Positions 60,403 to 64,000 of a stretch of DNA of 64,000 nucleotides are shown piece by piece. This stretch comes from an uncultured Gemella sp. (lineage in GTDB: Bacteria > Bacillota > Bacilli > Staphylococcales > Gemellaceae): assembly GCF_963525875.1 (NCBI RefSeq), contig NZ_CAURMG010000005.1, positions 3,406 to 67,405 on the forward strand, read 5' to 3'. Position 1 is the stretch's first letter. Each line of letters opens with the position of its first letter. The notes beneath the pieces were generated by a model, which saw only the letters and a program-made list of their open reading frames with translations, did not search any database and was not told the origin of the DNA. The translations under genes and the position numbers were made by a program.

Positions 60403-63039
60403 TTATTTAGTTTGTAGAACTTCAATACCATCGATAGCTGCTTTAGCCGCTGCTATTCTCGCAATTATCACTCTATATGGCGAACAAGATACGTAACCTA
60501 ATCCTATTTTAGAGCATAATAGGATCGATTTTTCATCTCCTCCATGCTCTCCACAAATTCCTAGCTTAATATTAGGCTTAACAGTTTTAGCTTTTTCAAC
60601 TGCAATTCTCATAAGTTCTAATACTCCACTTTCATCTAAGTGAATAAATGGATCAGACTCTAATATATTTTTTTTCTTATAAATATCAATAAATTTCTCG
60701 GCATCATCTCTAGAATAACCATATGTTAGCTGAGTTAAGTCATTAGTTCCAAAACTAAAGAAGTCTGCATGTTTAGCAATCTTATCAGCAATTATGCATG
60801 CGCGTGGTATTTCAATCATAGTTCCCACTTTATAATTGAAATCTTCATTATACAATTGAATCTCTTTTTCTATCAGTTCCACTATTTTCTCACGCAACAC
60901 TGCAAGTTCTTTTTCTAAACCTACTAAAGGAATCATAATTTCAACATTTACTTCTATTCCTTCTTTACGGGCTCTAATCGCCGCTGCACTAATTGCTTTT
61001 GTTTGCATTAAGTAAATTTCCGGATACGTAATACCAAGTCGACAGCCACGATGCCCCATCATAGGATTGAATTCAGCAATACTAGCAATTTTCGCTTCTA
61101 ATTGATTAACACTTACCCCTATTTCCTCGGCAATAACTTTTATAGTATTTTCATCTTTTGGTAAAAATTCATGAAGTGGTGGATCTAATAATCTTATATT
61201 AACAGATTTCCCTTTTGCCACTTTAAAAATTCTATAAAAATCTTCACTTTGAATTGGCTGTAGTCGATCTAAGAATCTAATTCTCTCATGAGTATCACTC
61301 GCTAAAATCATTTTTCTAACTAAACTTATTCTATCTTCTTCAAAGAACATATGTTCAGTTCTACATAATCCGATTCCTTCAGCTCCAAAATCAAACGCAA
61401 CTTTAGCATCAATTTCATTATCAGCATTTGCTAATACTTTAAGACTCCTAATCTCATCAGCCCATCTTAAAAGTTTATTGAATTTATCGCTGAATCTAGC
61501 ATCAATTTTATCAACTTCACCTAGATAAACTTTACCACTACTTCCATCAACAGAAATAGTATCTCCTTCTTTTAATATGTTATCTGCAATTTTCAATGTT
61601 TTTTCACTGTAATTAATAATCATATTTTGGCAACCGCAGATACAACATTTCCCCATTCCTCTTGCTACTACAGCAGCATGTGATGTCATACCTCCACGCA
61701 AAGTAACAATTGCCTCCGAACTAATCATACCTTCAATATCTTCTGGGGAAGTTTCTTCTCTTACTAAAATGACAGGTTTTGTTTTCGCCGCTTCTACTGC
61801 TTCTTGTGCTGTGAAATAAATACCACCTACTGCCGCTCCAGGTGATGCTGCTAATCCTTGAGTTAATTGTTTAGCTTCTTTTAATAATTTTTCTTCAAAT
61901 GTGGCATGAAGAAGTTTATTAATCTCTTCCGTTCCTAATCTTAAGATTGCTTCTTCCTTAGTAATAACACCTTCTTCTACCAATGAAACGGCAACTTCTA
62001 CAACAGCATTTGGAGTTCTTTTCGCATTCCTTGTTTGAAGAATATATAGTTTCCCATCCTCAATAGTAAACTCAATATCTTGCATATCTTTATAATGTTT
62101 CTCTAGTTTTTTAGATATTTCCTCAAATTCTTTATATAAATGTGGCATATCATCTTTTAAAACACTAATATTCTTCGGTGTTCTAATACCAGCCACTACG
62201 TCTTCACCTTGTGCATTAATCAAATATTCACCAAACAACTTATCTTCACCAGTGACTGGATTTCTACTAAACGAAACTCCAGTGCCACAATTATCTCCCA
62301 TATTTCCAAATACCATAGCTTGAATATTAACAGCAGTACCTAGTTTATCACTTATATTATGAAGTCTTCTATACACTTTAGCACGGTTATTATTCCATGA
62401 TTTAAAAACAGCCTCTATAGCTAACATAAGCTGCTCTTTTACACTCATAGGGAATTCGCGACCTACTTCTTTTCTATAGATTTCCTTAAACTCTTCAACA
62501 ATATTGAATAAGTCCTTTTCATTCATATCACTATCCTGTTCATAGCCATTCTTACTTTTAACTCTTGTTAAAACTTCTTCAAATTTATACTTTTCAACAT
62601 TCATTACAACATCAGAAAACATTTGAATAAATCTTCTATAACTATCATAAGCAAATCTATAATTATTATTTTTCTTAGCTAATGCTATAGTAGTCTCATC
62701 ATTTAAACCAAGATTCAAAATTGTATCCATCATACCGGGCATAGAGTATACCGCACCACTACGTACAGATACCAATAATGGATTATCAATACTTCCTAAT
62801 CTTTTACCAATATCTTTTTCTAAAATCTCAAGTTGCTCATTAATTTGTTTTAAAATTTCAGGTTTAATCCTCTCACCATTTTCATAATAACTATTACAAC
62901 TTTCAGTAGTAATAGTAAAACCGGGCGGAACATTTATCCCTAAACTTTTCATCTCTGCAAGGTTAGCACCTTTCCCACCTAATAAAGATTTCATATCTTT
63001 ATTTCCTTCACTGAAATTATAAACATATTTTTTTAACAT
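60403..63039 (-). CDS. ppdK: Pyruvate, phosphate dikinase
   Basis: LGGKGANL, SVRSGA, GGMTSHAAVVARG, GLCRTEHM, FGTNDLTQ. Confidence 0.97.
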   Translation of the reverse strand: MLKKYVYNFSEGNKDMKSLLGGKGANLAEMKSLGINVPPGFTITTESCNSYYENGERIKPEILKQINEQLEILEKDIGKRLGSIDNPLLVSVRSGAVYSMPGMMDTILNLGLNDETTIALAKKNNNYRFAYDSYRRFIQMFSDVVMNVEKYKFEEVLTRVKSKNGYEQDSDMNEKDLFNIVEEFKEIYRKEVGREFPMSVKEQLMLAIEAVFKSWNNNRAKVYRRLHNISDKLGTAVNIQAMVFGNMGDNCGTGVSFSRNPVTGEDKLFGEYLINAQGEDVVAGIRTPKNISVLKDDMPHLYKEFEEISKKLEKHYKDMQDIEFTIEDGKLYILQTRNAKRTPNAVVEVAVSLVEEGVITKEEAILRLGTEEINKLLHATFEEKLLKEAKQLTQGLAASPGAAVGGIYFTAQEAVEAAKTKPVILVREETSPEDIEGMISSEAIVTLRGGMTSHAAVVARGMGKCCICGCQNMIINYSEKTLKIADNILKEGDTISVDGSSGKVYLGEVDKIDARFSDKFNKLLRWADEIRSLKVLANADNEIDAKVAFDFGAEGIGLCRTEHMFFEEDRISLVRKMILASDTHERIRFLDRLQPIQSEDFYRIFKVAKGKSVNIRLLDPPLHEFLPKDENTIKVIAEEIGVSVNQLEAKIASIAEFNPMMGHRGCRLGITYPEIYLMQTKAISAAAIRARKEGIEVNVEIMIPLVGLEKELAVLREKIVELIEKEIQLYNEDFNYKVGTMIEIPRACIIADKIAKHADFFSFGTNDLTQLTYGYSRDDAEKFIDIYKKKNILESDPFIHLDESGVLELMRIAVEKAKTVKPNIKLGICGEHGGDEKSILLCSKIGLGYVSCSPYRVIIARIAAAKAAIDGIEVLQTK

Positions 63040-63098
63040 TTTAATATCCCCCTATAGAAACTCCATCACTTTATGAAATTTCTCTATATAATTCTTTG

Positions 63099-63908
63099 CT
63101 AAATCACTAATCCTCGTTCTCTCATAATTGCTATAATTAATTCCGCTGTTTCTTCAATAGCCTTATTCTCAACATCAATTATCGGGCATCCAAGTTTTTC
63201 CATTACTTCTATTGCATATTCCAACTCTTCGAAAATTTGGATTTCATCTGTATAATCTGTATTTTCATCAACTCCGAGAGTTTTAAGCCTCTCTTCTCTT
63301 AGCTTATTAAGTTGTTCAACAGAATTTGTTAAACCAATAATTTTTCTTTTTACTTCATATAATTGTTCTGGTAATACCAATCCTTGAACTATCGGTATAT
63401 TCATAACCTTTATGTTTCTATTTGCAAGGTATAAACTTAAAGGAGTTTTTGAAGTTCTCGATACTCCTAAGATAACTATATCCGCTTCCCTTAGTCCATT
63501 AATATCCTTTCCATCATCATATTTCACAGCAAATTCCAAAGCATCAACTCTCTTAAAATACTCCACTCCCATCTTCCTATTTAGCCCCGGATTCCCTTTA
63601 GCTTTTACTCCAAGCTTATCTTCAAAAGCACTAAGCATTTCACTTAAAAGATCTATTACCTTTATATTTTTTTCTAAACCTTTTTTCTTTATATATTCAG
63701 ATAAAGTAGCATCCACTAAAGTTTGAACTATTACATCGCCTTCTTTAGCATTAGATATAATACAATCTACTTTTTCAACAGTACAAACATTAGAATTTTT
63801 TAATACTTTATATTTCACATCTCCATAGGAAAACTGAACTAGTGCTGCATCAACAACATCTTTAGCTGTATTACCTATTGAATCTGAAATTATATGTACA
63901 GTTAACAT
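63099..63908 (-). CDS. Pyruvate, phosphate dikinase regulatory protein (DUF299 kinase/pyrophosphorylase)
   Basis: ISDSIGNTA, AVKYDDG, GVSRTSKTPLS, AIEETA. Confidence 0.93.
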   Translation of the reverse strand: MLTVHIISDSIGNTAKDVVDAALVQFSYGDVKYKVLKNSNVCTVEKVDCIISNAKEGDVIVQTLVDATLSEYIKKKGLEKNIKVIDLLSEMLSAFEDKLGVKAKGNPGLNRKMGVEYFKRVDALEFAVKYDDGKDINGLREADIVILGVSRTSKTPLSLYLANRNIKVMNIPIVQGLVLPEQLYEVKRKIIGLTNSVEQLNKLREERLKTLGVDENTDYTDEIQIFEELEYAIEVMEKLGCPIIDVENKAIEETAELIIAIMRERGLVI

Positions 63909-63909
63909 A

Positions 63910-64000
63910 TTATCCCTCCAGTATTTCTAACAATAACTTTATTAAAGTAGTTTTTGATATTTTCCCAACGACCACCTTCCCGTCATCTTCATCTCTTACA
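63910..64000 (-). CDS. ccpN: C-terminal fragment of a CcpN-like HTH-CBS repressor (runs off the window)
   Basis: ...VRDEDDGKVVVGKISKTTLIKLLLEILEG*; resembles the CcpN end (VxGxxxKT) and sits in the usual ccpN-DUF299-ppdK order. Confidence 0.6.
   Translation of the reverse strand, partial: VRDEDDGKVVVGKISKTTLIKLLLEILEG

Noticed and set aside
1079..63726. Short ORF-track entries overlapping real genes (e.g. 1079-1279, 2446-2640, 5857-6309, 10192-10473, 14551-14823, 20516-20845, 25528-25854, 29610-29891, 40151-40414, 47260-47526, 57526-57810, 63412-63726)
   Set aside because: Antisense or alternate-frame shadows of well-supported genes, with no recognisable motifs.
1..64000. tRNA, rRNA, reverse transcriptase, transposase or restriction-modification genes
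   Set aside because: None recognised in the sequence or the ORF track.

Overview
AT-rich Bacillota (Firmicutes) chromosome segment. The gene set, Bacillus-type large SRP RNA and repeat family fit a Gemella-like organism, which is an inference. Bases 1-~9480 are the right-hand part of a phage satellite (PICI/SaPI-like element). It has a tyrosine integrase, a SAP-domain cargo gene, divergent Stl/Str-like HTH regulators, an Xis-like gene, a primase-SF3 helicase, an iteron origin and a RinA/DUF1492-like activator. It is inserted at the 3' end of rpmG (L33), which the ORF track missed, and its other end lies left of the window. The most unusual signals are in the satellite's non-coding DNA: (i) an array of short cassettes, each with a different direct-repeat core on a conserved anchor; (ii) a candidate antisense sRNA opposite a 36-aa membrane peptide; (iii) a 30-bp sequence shared by the xis 3' region and the int leader; (iv) heavy two-strand loading with the Staphylococcus-type Chi heptamer GAAGCGG. 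The rest is mostly minus-strand core genome: tal, ffs, trmK, dinB, RNase J2, rnhB, rbgA, T-box-metNI, nrnA, glmU, purR, gdh, polA, ClC, a second Met ABC operon, a maltose PTS/MapP/MalP/MalQ locus, pgi, yvcK, rapZ, a class A PBP, ppdK and its regulator, and partial ccpN. It also carries a MITE-like repeat family and two multi-hairpin intergenic structures. All motif counts were made by eye and no database searches were run.
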